A stretch of 64,000 bases of DNA, taken from Paramecium tetraurelia (lineage: Eukaryota). Made by a program: the position numbers and the translations under genes. Positions 14,136 to 27,571 of this stretch are shown piece after piece. Each line of letters starts with the position of its first letter. Positions within the stretch are counted from its first letter, which is position 1. The notes beneath the pieces were generated by a model that searched no databases, had not been told where the DNA came from, and saw only the letters and a list, made by a program, of their open reading frames with translations. The stretch is taken from the NCBI GenBank assembly GCA_000165425.1, contig CT868396.1, positions 62,001-126,000 of the forward strand. Reading direction: 5' to 3'.

Positions 14136-15444
14136 ATGGATTTCAATCTCTCGAATAGTAAATTGCTATAAAAAATACAACCTAATCGTGAGTAGTCAAC
14201 CAAGAAATTAAGCAACTCAGAAGTGAATGCTGCAATACAGAAATACTTTTAGATGACCAAGAGAAAGGAAGGTAATATTCCTAATCCAACAATCTCTACC
14301 ACCCAGTCATCCAAGATTTTAGGACAACTAGTGACTAAGGTTTCACCCTCTTTGGATATCAGTGTTCCAATTAAGCCTCCAACACCTTCTGGTACTTAAT
14401 CTTACAGGCCATTATCTGAGAAGAAACCACATCATCGTCCTCAGTAATCTGTGGGACAAAGCAAGGATTTGATATTATAGAAACTCCAAACAACATTATT
14501 CCAGAAGCCAAAGACCCAGTCTCATTAGACGACGCCTAAGTGTAATGGTGAGGAAAGTGTAAGTGTGAGCAGATATTTTGAGAGTTCAAAAAAATTAAAA
14601 GGTGAATCTCAAGAATACTACTTAACGAGGGTTAAGAATGCTTTTTCAAGACCCTTAATGGATGATTACTTCAGCCGAATGTACAGGGAACACTTTTATT
14701 AAACTTATCAAGGGATATAAGTTGCATCGTACTTACAACCAGTTTATCCAAATGATCTATAAAATAAGCAAGTACATCTAAAATAGAAGGAATGTTACAA
14801 AAGTAATCTCAGATTATACTTTAGATAAAATCACAATTGTCTTTGATCTAGATGAGACATTAGTCCATTGCAATGAAAACTTAGCAATACCTAGTGATGT
14901 TATATTTACAATTCAAGTGTCTCCCCAAGAAAAAATTAAGGCAGGGATTAATGTTAGACCTGGAGCAGTCAAGTTATTAGAACTGCTAGTGAAGGATTTT
15001 GAATTAATAGTCTTTACAGCTTCTCACCCTTGTTATGCTTAGAAGGTGATCGAATATCTAGATCCCCAGAAGACTCTTTTTTCTCATAGTCTTTACAGAG
15101 ATAACTGTATAATGACTACAGGAGGGATGTACACCAAGGACCTGAGAATTTTCAATCGATCTCTGAGTCAATTAGTTTTAGTGGACAATGCTTCTTATTC
15201 CTATGCTTGGCAATTGGACAATGGGATACCGATAATTCCCTTCTATGATAACAAGGAGGATAGGGAGTTGGAGTTGCTGTTAAAATACCTCAAAGGAATG
15301 TAAAATTGTAAGGATGTAAGGGAATATAATAGGTAAAATATCATGAAATAATATAGAAATCATCTAAGATTGTAGTACTTCCAAGATCCTTCAGGGCCAG
15401 GACTAGTGTTTGAGAGACTGTTTCAATAGAAAATGTAAATCTGA
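14136..15444 (+). CDS. NLI-interacting factor / CTD small phosphatase-like (HAD family)
   Basis: IVFDLDETLVH (DxDxT motif), VRPG, VFTASHPCYA, KDLRIFNRSLSQLVLVDNA. Introns near 14802-14825 and 15330-15360. Confidence 0.9.
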
Positions 15445-15550
15445 TGATTTTTTATTAAAATGATCTATGCTCTCGGCAGTTGAGTATTCTCAATTTCATT
15501 GTTTATTCACAAGTGCAAATTACTTTGAAACGATTGTATAAAATATAAAA

Positions 15551-18500
15551 ATGGATCCATAATTGAGTCACTACACTTAATTCTTCATTGTAGTTACTAA
15601 TCTCTGCAAGACTAATCAAATCACTCCCGAACAGAAGTCCTTACTGAAAAGTAATCTCACTCGTAAGGATGAGAAAATTTGTCGATTGTTGATATAAAAT
15701 AGCGGTCCTGGGAAGTATGAGTTGAATATCATCCATTTAGAGAGATGTTATTGAGAGAAGCCTTGCTGGATTACTTGGCTGCACAAAACAAACAAATCTA
15801 GCGAAGGAGATCTCATAAATCAAAGACAGTTCATTTCATGAAAGACGTAGCAGAGCAGGAAAAGCAACCAGAGGTGGTCCCTCAGTAGGAATCACCAGCC
15901 TAACCACTGGCGAGTGCTGCGGCTGTCATGATTGAACAACTAACAGGAGTTTTACATAAACATATTGATAAACATAGCTTACTTGTACCAGAGGATAAGG
16001 AGAAGCTGATATAACTGTGCACCTTAATTTAAAAACTCACATCTGAGTAGGTTGACTTAGATGGAATAAGTCCATTTAGGGCCAGATACTCTTCGGAAAA
16101 TAGCAAATTAGCTGAAATTAGCGAGAAGGATTTGGATTCTAGCGATGAGGATGTCTATGAGAAAATGGTAAAGGGAATAGACGACATCTATAAAGAGTTG
16201 AAGAGTATTTTCACTGGAAATTTGCATACCCATTTACTACTCATGTAAGAGGACATTTCCTATGAGAATTTGTATTAAGTCTTAAAATTTTTACTTAAAA
16301 TCCTTGTTGATGCGGATGAATTCACCTTCTTTATTCATCGGGATAAAGAATGGGAAGTTTATTCGTCCTCCAATGATTCCATCAAAGATGTAACACCTGA
16401 AGAAGCTCAGAAAGTAACAGATGAACTGGCCTATATCCGTCCATTCTGTATTCACAGGATAGATCCAAAACAAAGACAATATCCTTAAATTGAAGACACT
16501 TGCAAAACAAATGCCTATTCACAAACTTCCATTGTGAAGTTTTAATTGTAATTGAAGAATTACGAGGTTCTCTTCTGTCTCCACTGGACTGACAAAGACA
16601 AAAAGAATATCAAGAGAAAGTTTATCAAGTATCTAGTACATTCACTATTTAAAGTTATGCCAATATGTATGGATTCAATAAGGACGTGACACATCTGGCA
16701 CAATTTTTGGTTGAAACCATCATTACAGCCAAAGTCCAATTCTTTAATCCACTTAGATTTGCTGACTAAGTTCAAGATATCGGAATTAGTTTCATGCGTA
16801 TATCCAGGTTTTTGTTGGTCGAAGGGATTAAGAAAGTTCTCAGCATTAAATTTGAAGTTGAGAAGGAACAGACTTTCTCTACTGATGAGAACATGAAGAG
16901 GTAGAAGGAGTCTTAGTGTGTAAAAATAGAGCTTAAGGATTCAAACCCAGTCACTCTAAGGATAAAAGATATGGATTTGAAAAATGATTAGGATCAACAC
17001 TTGTATTAAGTGGTATTTATAAAACACCTAAAATAAAGATTATTCAAATCCAAGAGAAATATGATGGTTATGTGAAGTTGTGTTATGAGAAGTCAGCCTT
17101 CTACAAATATTTCTTACGTACAACAGATTCATTGTTATTTGATTTTAATAAGCAGGGAGAATTGATATTTTTGAGTCGACCGATTTCTAAATCATTAAAG
17201 TATTAGTTTCTTAAACATTATAATAGGGAGAGATTTAATATCAACTTTGATCCCAAAGCTATTTTGTATAACAAGATATCTTACTAAGACATCTTTGCTT
17301 AGAATAGTATCATATCGAATATTGAGGTGAATATTCAAAATATCCATGAAAATAGAAGAAATCAATATTTAAGTAATTTAGAGAACCCTTAATTTGAAAT
17401 TTTCCTGAAGGTCGTTGACAATGATTTTAAGGGATTCACTGTGATTTTCCATGAGAATGAAGCAAGAAGATTGAAATAGTATTTTATGGCATTGAAAATT
17501 GACAACATGACAAATGATGTATAAAAAGAGGCTGAAGCCAATAAATCATTGGAGGAGGATATTTAGAAACAAATATTGATACAATACAACAAACATTAGA
17601 CTTTTAAGTTTTTAAATCAATTGGATGAAACTCAAGATGTAGCCAATTCAATGATTGCACTGTTCATTCCAGAAAATGAATTATCTTAGATTAGACATCG
17701 TAAGACAGATGGTCGAAGTCCAGAGTAGCATAGCAAAGATTTATAGAATGATTAATGGGTTGCACCACCATAAAAGAAAAAGAAAATAGGGTCGAGTGTT
17801 TACATTAAATACTAACAATAATTGGAAGCTGTGGATGCCAATCTATTTAAAGTGAATAATAGTGATTCTTAATTGGATTTATTTGAATTCAATATCCTGG
17901 TGTTGGATTCATCACAAGAAAAGCATAGATTAGTTTATAGTATTTTAGAAAGGAATGGTTTCATATCCTAATACAATTTAAATAAGCAATGTTTGGCTCA
18001 GTTCTTGAGTGTGTTGTAGAAGAAGTACAACAAACGAAACAATTCATTTCATAATTACGACCATGGAATATCTGTGATGTAAAGTGCTCACTTTATGTTG
18101 TAATGTGGAAAAGCCAAGCAATTAATTGATGATTTCAGGAGAATGTCCACCATAATATCAGGTTTATGTCATGATGTATCACACACTGGCAGAACCAATA
18201 TTTTCATGATCAATAGCCAGTCCAAATTAGCCACTCGCTATCATGATTCTAGTGTAATCTAATCATATTATTATTCAAGCCTCTAGAATAGCATCATGCT
18301 GCATCTACTATTTTTATGTTAAAAGATCCTTCCCTCAATTTTCTGAATTCCTTATCAAAAGAACAAACCCAATAATTCAGACGAGTTCTCATAGATAACA
18401 TCCTATATACAGACATTAAGGTTCACTTCACGTTGTTGAAGGATTTTGAAAGCAGGATCAAGGATGAAGTAACAAAACCATTTGGTACTGGAGATGATGA

Positions 18501-18892
18501 TCTGAAATTATTAACAGGGATGATCATTCATACAGCAGACTTTAATGGAGGAGCCAAGGTCTTTGAGATTTCCAGAATTTGGTCAGAGAGAGTTAATAAA
18601 GAATTCGGTGCCTAATACGATGAGGAGGGTAGATTGGGCATTCCATAAACACCATTCTTGAAAGACCTTGACAAATTGCATGTTATGGCTAAATCTGAAA
18701 TGGGATTCTTTAAAGTGATCGTCAGACCTTTATGGTTCACTTTAAACACCTTCTTTGTATGACTTTATAGCACTATTTTAGGATGGATACCTCTAGCAAA
18801 GCATCACCAATCTTGATAACACCATCATTAGTTGGGAAAAAATCTATCATGCTAATCTTCCCAAGGAGGAGAGACAACAATAATAATCATGA
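15551..18892 (+). CDS. Class I 3',5'-cyclic nucleotide phosphodiesterase with long N-terminal region
   Basis: FHNYDHG, HDVSHTGRTN (HDxxHxGxxN signature), LEQHH, HTADF, EFGAQ. Several 25-28 nt introns. Confidence 0.92.
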
Positions 18893-18950
18893 ATGTGTAT
18901 TTGTTAAATATTATGATATCATTTTACAACAAATACTAATCTAAAATATT

Positions 18951-21900
18951 TCAATTAAGTTTCTTTTTGGGGATAAAATACATAGGCAAATGATTTTGAT
19001 TTTCCCTGACGAATTCAATAGTACCTTCCTAATTAAGAATAACAATAATATTTACTTGAATGTTTTCTACAATGTCTCTAGTAATTAATTTCTTTATCTC
19101 TTCAAAGAAGTTCTCATCCATGTATCGGCCATCTCTGGCATATTCTTATGCCTTCTCCAATACCTAATCGATCAATTCGTTTTTCAGCATCTCACTTTTA
19201 GTGATGTGTCTGAATTCACTAAACCATTCATGGTATAATGCTATCGCCCAATTTTCAGATAGAAATTCAGATACATTATTTATTAATTTGCCTCTCTATT
19301 CCAATTTATTCAAATATTTAACTGATAACTCTACAAATTACAATAAACTGGGGATATGAACAGCTTCAGAACCAAAATAAGTGACACTCTCAATCAATCC
19401 ATTTGGATCAATATCAAATTATAGGAAATGTCCATTTCCATTACTGAAATTATCAGATAAGATGGGTTTGGATGGCAGTTACTAAAGTTGTCTAGGTTTA
19501 GAAAAGTCATTCTTTTTAATGTGATAATAATAGAGTTTATGAGGTACTATGCCTCCCTGTCCAATTGGCATATATAATTGAGGTAGTTCATCTACAGAAT
19601 AAGTCTGGGATGTCAGATAACTTAGATTCAGCTATTCCAAAATGCATTTACTTAGTTTTTAACCAAGTTCTCTTCCATTATACTTATCTAATCTTAAACT
19701 CTTTCCGACAGAATGATGCTTATATCTTTGGGAGAACTCACAAATCTTACCACAAGCAAATATATTTTCTTAAGTAGTTTGAAAATTACTCTTTACAATC
19801 AATCTACCATTATACACTAATCCATTTTCATGGATGATATGGAAGATTTCCTTGTCTATGTCAATCAATCCACTTGTGATAAAGAATCTTGAATCCAATT
19901 ACAAGTAATCATATTCACTTGCCTTGAGTTATTCAATTTCTCTAGCTAGCACTTCTAACTAATTTTCTCCTTCCTCCTATTCTCCATACATGTCTTTGCT
20001 CATATTGTTTTCCGAATTGTCCTTCAACTCTTAAAGTTCCTGCTCCTTCCTCTGAATCTCTATTTTCAACTCCTCATAATTGTCTGCTTACTTCCTAAAG
20101 ATGACTTCCTATAGTACATCTTCACTGTTCAATCCAAATCCTTCCTTCCCCACTTTTAATTCATATAATGTGAATCCTTAATGTATTTTAATGCCCAATT
20201 TTACCATAATGTCGAATACTTTATTTTTGACCTCCTCGTTTTCAAATTAATCTGGATCAAAGATCATTTTGTCCTCCTATTCAAGTCGTTATTTATTGTT
20301 CTCAAACCTGGTTTATTTCTAAAATGTTTTGGGTGGCATAACATAATTAATACGAGATGGATGAACACCTCTATTGAGTAACCCATTCATGAATGTAATG
20401 GTGGTCAACGTGTTACCATAAATTGTTATATTCTGTGGTTTTTTCTTTCTTGTTAACAAATCAATGTTACTTCCTTTGAATCCAGTTCTTTTGAAATGGG
20501 AGTATAGGTATGGATCATCTATGCTGTAAACTCCATTTATAAATTATGAATTTTTGTAATAGGGGGATTTGGATAGGCCAAAACTAATCTTTTCTCTTGA
20601 TTGCAACTCAGTATCAATCAAACCAACGGTGATTATGAGATAATCAAAAGGAATGAATGCATTTTTATCAATTTTAATTCGATTTCCCTTTTTATCCAAC
20701 TTTACCATTTTAGCATCAACTACCTGCACTCTAGCATCTATCATCAACGCTCTTAATTCTTCCAATGTATAATTGGTACTCATAGCTTTTAACATTTCAA
20801 ATTCATGTTTAACATGCATGGTTATCAATCCTCCAGGAGCCAATAAAATAATATTGGTAAAGTGAATATCCTTTATAGTAAGTAATGATTCAATAAAAGA
20901 CAATCCAGTATCAGATGCCCCTACTACTACAATACGAGAATTATTGGAGATTTTAACATTGGATAGTTACTTTTTGGTAAGCATTGCTAATGAAAAGGGA
21001 GATTGAGTCTAATCGTATGGGTCACGATCATCTAGGATTGTGCCCATACGTTCTTTTTAATCATCATCAAGAGTCCAATCCCATTTTTACTTCAAGAAAT
21101 GAGGAAATGCTCTACTTCTCACAAAATTGAATTCGTGGAATATATCCGGCAAAAGAGTACGATCATGAATCTCTAACATTATACATGTCTTATCCATCAA
21201 TCTGCAAATTTCTCTTAAAATAAATCTAGTTTGTTTAGCAAACAATGGATTCAAGATTCCATGTAATAATCGAGTATGCAAATGTTTAGGATGCTCCTTA
21301 ATTAGTATGTGATCTTGAATACAGAAATGAGATTTCAAGTATTAGAGATTGACATACTTCTTCATGCAATACAATCCAATAATCTCATCTTTGCAATAGA
21401 CAATAAATGTCTCATTATCATTTCACATTCCTTACATCCTTCTCAATGTTCTCTTTTCCCAATAGATTTTCTACTAAAAACTGACATTAGTTCCATTCAC
21501 TTTAATTGAGCTTTCTTAATTCAATCAAATGAGAATCTAAACTATTTCTATGGAATATATACAAAACATGTTCAAAAGTGGAGTGTTTCTTCCTTGATAC
21601 TTATAGAAAGTGTGATAATAGATGTAGTCTCTTAGACTGTGTATGGTTATGTTAGTATAAGATACTCTCGATCAGGGAAGAGTTCAAAGGCTCTTTCTAC
21701 AAAATCAAGTGATCTTGATTCAAATCGTTCATCGATGCAAAATAGATTGATAACAACAGCATTTTGAGCTGCTTTAGGGACTTCTGGGAGTTAATCAATA
21801 GATTGAATCTAGGATACATGTTCATCAAATTAAGTTTAATTCCTTTCAACATTTTTAGCTCTCTCAAGATTAGTAATTTTATTTTGTTCATCTTATATAA

Positions 21901-23944
21901 TTTCTTCAACTTCAGTCTGTAATGTATTTGATCGTACTAATTACAATCTGCACATCATTTAATCATAATTTTTTAGCTTTTAAATAGCTCCAATGAATTC
22001 ACTATATGAAGTCATTTTCTACAAAACATCAACAGGTTTAGGTGCATCATCACCAACTTTCTTAAGATTGGCATCCTTCTTTTTGGCATCCTTTTCTTCC
22101 TTTATTTTTTACACAATCCTATTGTCCACCTCTAATTCACCAAAACATTCTAATATGAATGCCAGATTCTCTCCCATAGGTGCTCCAATGTCAAATCCTT
22201 TATTTCTTAGTACATCTGGAAATTCAATTAAATCTATGTGACGACTTGGATCCATTTCTCCATTTTCTGTACAGAATTCCATGATCAACTCTTTGACTCT
22301 TGACGCGCAGACACAGATCTGGCTTGTGCTCTAGTTTCAGCAGAGACTGATGTGAATGTAGTAAAAGCTTATGAGAATGGTCCTAAATCAAAATAAGGAG
22401 GTGGTTTAAAGATGTCTTCATCCTTATCCTCCTTCTTTGCTTTTTTATTAGTTTTCTTCTATTATCTTTTTGGTCTTTTGAGAGAAAGAGCCTTTTACTC
22501 TTCTTCCTTCTTCTTGGCCCAATCTTTCCAATGTCCTTCTCCATTCATGTATCCTTTGGGTAATCCAAAGAATTCAAGTGCTTCCAATAAAACTTGGATT
22601 GGTTTAATGGTGATGCATTCTAAATCTTTGAATGAGTCAGGATATTCAAGAAATAGATCACTTGGTTTGAATACTTGATAATCTTTCAACCATCCGTTGA
22701 TCATATTAGTCACAACCTATTAAGTAAGTGTTTTAGCTAAGTCTTCCTACCCATAATCATCTATCTTTTGTTTAATTTCTTAATCTCTATCAAAACAATA
22801 TTATTGTAAGTAGAGTCTTTGCCCAATCATATGACATTTCATAGCCTCTTTGGTTAATTCGATATGCTTCTTATAATTAGTGATCTATTTATTGATTTAA
22901 TCCTCCAATGCCAATTAATCCAACCTATTTCTTATAGCCTCCATGTATTCTGATTTATAGAGATTGTCAAACACTTCTAAATCGAAACACTATCCCTAGT
23001 AGACGGTAACTAATTTAGAACAAATTCTTACTCGATATCACTTGAAATACTCATCAATCCAACTGCCTTATCTCCAACTTATCCTACAATGGCCTTTCCA
23101 TCACTTCTATAGTTCCTAGCCTATCTTCTGGTTTGATTCTGAGTTGCAATTAAATCAGCAATAAAGAATTCACCAAACTCTTTCAGTGTGTACATCTTGA
23201 TTGACGATTGAAGAATGGCAGCCAAATCATCGTGATCCTCTTCACGTGCCATACGAATTTCCATATAATTCAGTTTACCATAGACGATGCCGAATAAAAG
23301 TATCTCACAATTCTGATTCACTTTCCTTGCATGAACTATTATTTTTAGACTTTATGCATACTTTCAATTTGAAATCTTGTCTTTTTGGGAGAATTTCAAA
23401 TAAGTTCTCTAATGCGATATCCAATTCTTATTGAGTGGCATCAATTGCTTCACTCCTTCTCAAAAAGAAGATCCCATTGACAACATTCAAATAATCATAG
23501 ACTTTTTGAAAGATTTGTTTGGTTATCTGTAACTGTTGATCTTCAGTCAATTGGAATCGCTTCTTAGCTAGATCTAGATATAGAAAGTATACCAAGAAAA
23601 AAGAAAGTCATCCAAAGACAGTTGAATGAACTTACATGAAAGCCAATGTCCCATCCATCATGAATCCATTATTCCCACAAATTCTCGTGTTTGAAGTCCA
23701 CTTATCCAGTAACACCTTAAGGACAATCATCAAATACTGCATTTCCTATGATGTTATTTTGGGAGTCAAGCACTGTCACCGAGAGATAGGAGCGCTCAAA
23801 TAAAGTGAGAATTTTTGGGTAAGCATATAACTGCTGCAAATCCTCCTCACCTTCCTCCTACATCAATTACACAATCTCGTCATAGTCATCCAAATCAGCC
23901 TTCCTAATTTATAACTCTTAGCCTTGCTATTCAAAAAATGACAT
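18951..23944 (-). CDS. CFAP61: Cilia- and flagella-associated protein 61 (C20orf26 homolog); several frameshifts in this assembly
   Basis: IRMAREEDHDDL, LFCIDERFESRSLDF...FELFPDREY, NSRIVVVGASDTGLSFIESLL, C-terminal NQNHLPMY are all typical CFAP61 blocks. Confidence 0.88.
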
Positions 23945-24466
23945 ATAAATTTAATAATCAATTTAGATCACTGTATTTTCCACTCATTCATATTGGAACC
24001 CTAGAGCTCTTTATTATAGTGTTAATAATCCTTCAAAATTATTTATAAAATAATGAAGGAGAGTCTAATTTAGTAATGATCAAGGCAGGTTGTGAGTGAT
24101 GATTAAGAATGATAGGTTCAATTACAAAATTATTTAATGTTTTTTGAAATAGAAAAACAAATGAACTGGTCGATGAGTCTGTTGGATTGCAAATTAAATA
24201 GGTTTAAACTCAAGATCTCAGAGTATAGGAGTTATGCAACTCTATTTTGCACACAGACAATCTTAGACTAATCAGGTATATAAATATTTTTTCAGAAACC
24301 TGTGTGATTAGATGTGCTTATCAATTGCTTTCTAATCAAGTTTAATATATAGCACATTCTATCTATGATAACAGATTCTATAATTCAGTTTTGGATGATT
24401 ATAAAACAATATTGACAATTATATCTTCTTTTCAAAGTATTACCATAAATACATATTATATATATA

Positions 24467-26984
24467 TCATTAAGGGAACTTTCTCTTTAAGTATGTCTGC
24501 AACTCCTTTATTTGTATAGGTTTGATCATATAAAAGTCCATTCCTGAATTTATTGCTTGCTATTTGCTCTCCAAATCTGCATAACCAGTATTGGCTATGC
24601 AAATTCCTTTCGGAATTAGATTATCATGCATCATCTTCTTCAAATTTTTCACTGTGTCAAAACCATCCATTATAGGCATATTGAGATCAAGAAAGAACAA
24701 AACGTAACCATTATTTTAACATTATCTACATGGTTCCTTCATTTTTTAAAGGCTCTTTTTAATGGCTTCTTGTCCATTGAAAGTGAAATCACAATGGGCA
24801 TTGTATCTGTGTAGAATCAATTGTAGACTTTGAATATTAAAATATTCATCATCTACAATTAAAACCCTACTGCAACAGTTGCTGCCAATGCTAAATTTAA
24901 CTATTTCAGATTTGAAGCTAGCCTACAAGGAAGGAATCATAATATTGGACTCTTCTTATCTTGATTCAATTTCATCTTCCTCTAATTATAATTTTTTTGG
25001 AGTTTATCCCTGAAATGATTTAGAGTCGGCTGATTTAAGACATCTCAATTTCTTAGAGAATAAACTTTTTACTCTCTGCGTATCTCCATTTTCATCCTTG
25101 AATTCACTATTTTGTATCTACTATTCCTTGTGAGAGCCTTCAGATATTGGTTATTGTTCTAAGTAATAAGTTTAATTTAAGACTTTCACATAGGTTTGAC
25201 TGGCCACATACACGCTGTCATTGTAGAGTTATTGTGAATTGGATATTGTAAAGAAGAATTCGCTTCCCTTTTATTATTCACTAGTAAATTAAATCCCATG
25301 CTTGCCATTCATTTTCAAGACGATGGCATTGGATATGCTTAAGCCTAATCCACACCCAACTGAATTGTGAGAAATTCTCAATAAGTTCTTGTTGTCCCTC
25401 AGTAACTTATGTAGTTTCTACTATTCGAATTGATTCATGCCAATTCCATTATCTGAAACTCTGACTTTAATTTTATCCTTATAAAAATCGATTGACACTG
25501 TAATTATACCATTTTCTGTAAATCGTACTGAATTACTCATCAATTGATAGAGTACTTACTTGAACCTATCTTAATCATTATACACAAGAAGATGCTAAGG
25601 ACAATTAACTATAATTTAATTATTCCTTTGTGTTTTTTATTGATTCAGTAGATATTGAATTTCTTGGATAATTTCATACGGACTAAATTCTTAGAGTCTC
25701 AAGGCAAATTGTTTTAATAGAATTGTATTGAAATCTCTGACATTTTAGAGTACATAAGACAACAATTTAGAGTTAATGTAAGTTGGTTCTATGTAGATAG
25801 CTTTGACTTATTCATTAATTAGTTCACTATCCATAGCTTCTGATGAGTCAGTCAAGATACAATTGAGAAATGTTCCAAACTCATGAGAGATAGATTGAAA
25901 TATGTTTCCCAAGATTTCACTTGACAAAGATTCATATGTTTGTTTTGAATGATTTGAATTATTATAGTGAATATTGGTATTGTTTTGCTTAAGATTCTCT
26001 GGGACCGAATAAATAGATTTGCTATTTGATTTCATTTGAGGTTCAAATTGAACTATCAAGTAATCAATAAAGTTGTCGCTCAGTACAAAAAAGTTCAACT
26101 TTACATTGCCTAGATTTTTGTTATCCAATTCAGCAACACTGAAATAAGAGTAATATGAATTGACATCTGAAAGTATGGATTATAAAATGGTTCTGATGTC
26201 AGGTTTAGTGAAGTGTATTTAGAATGGGGATGAAATTGGAGTGGTATTATTTTCTGATAATAATTTAATTAGATTTAAAGAAAAAGCATCGCATCGTACA
26301 TCTAAGAATGTTTCTATCGCCTCTTCCTTATCACATTCCATTAACACATATAGATCTGACTGATTGTGGACACATTTAAAGTGATCGTTCAGTACTATGA
26401 ATTTTTAATCTGTCATCCAGGGCCTCGTTTACTGATCACTCATACATTAATTTAAGAATTTGTAATTTGGCACTCAGAGACATCTCTTATTACACACATT
26501 AGTCTGATTTGGCATTCTTTGTTTTTCGATTGATAAAGTATAGAAATGTCAGCAACATAAGACATTCCCCTAGTGTTAGCATCAATCTCCGCACTTCCAT
26601 ATAATTCTATATAATTTACGAAACCATTCCACAATACAAAACCAGTATACTTTAATTATAAAACATTTTTGTGTCATGTAAGAGTTCAAATTGTATCAAT
26701 ATGAGCACCTATAAATTTTCAAACTTATATACATATAAATATGTTAGATCCTGGTTCTCTCCATTGAGCAGTCCCATGACCACTCCATCATTCCCTACTA
26801 CTGCAATCCATAGCACTTTGTAATCCGAATATTTAATCAGTGCCAACTTAAGAACAATCCCGACATAGTGTAACATAATTGGAATCCAAAGCAAGCTATG
26901 TTCGGTATTGAGACTAGTCCAAATTAACTCAAAAGATATAAATGCCTCAAAATATAAGAAACAAGCAAAGTTAATTCTAAGCAT
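24467..26984 (-). CDS. Membrane-anchored hybrid sensor histidine kinase (TM-HisKA-HATPase-REC)
   Basis: N-terminal hydrophobic segments. H-box SISHEFGTFLN, N-box KQVLYQLMSNSVRFT, G1 VSDNGIGM, G2 GCGLGLSIS. Receiver VLIVDDEYFN...FLDLNMPIMDGF...GMDFYMIKP. Confidence 0.92.
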
Positions 26985-27571
26985 ATTTTTTGAATAATGA
27001 ATAATTAAAATTTATTTCTTACTGATTATAAAAACATGATTTAATTTGCTGCCTATTATTATATATTTATCCTCTACATGCATATTACAGATTTAGCCCT
27101 AGATATTTCAATTTAAATTTTTATTTTTGACATGCTTTTTAAAATAATCTAATATTTATAAATTTATTCAGGAAACAATTTTAATTAAACTAATTGTTAA
27201 TTAAATGTAGAAAATGAAATCTGTTAAATAAAAATGATAGGTCTTACTTTCAGATAAATATTTAAGAATTCTAAAATAATCTATTTATAAATTCATGCCA
27301 TGTAAAATATGAGTATCTTATCATAATTTACCTTAGATCTTTAAAATTTAAACATACACATTTGTATTTAAGGATAGAATGTCTACAGAAATTTAAAACT
27401 GTTTTCACAACTGTGGTTAGTGGAAATTATGCAAGTTGAGGGATTAAATATGGCTTGGAAATGGGATTAATTATTGATTAGATATATTTGTTTGAAGATA
27501 ACGGCATCAAACTCTGTCATGAGCATTTAGATTTTAATTAATTAATATATTGTTATATTATCAAATAAGAA

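Noticed and set aside
21418..21423. Euplotes-style programmed +1 frameshifting (AAA followed by stop) as the explanation of the frame breaks
   Set aside because: Only this site has AAA-TGA. In the AGC kinase and CFAP57, shifting at the first stop would delete essential conserved residues (catalytic Lys; HPSG WD motif), so a stop-triggered shift cannot be the general cause.
23096..23126. Retained IES or intron in CFAP61 (QARNYRSDG)
   Set aside because: In frame, with no GT donor and no TA-bounded inverted ends that excise it cleanly.
7947..23944. CFAP57, PDE and CFAP61 as a ciliary gene cluster
   Set aside because: Ciliary and signalling genes are abundant in ciliates, and unrelated genes intervene. 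Nothing in the sequence indicates functional linkage.
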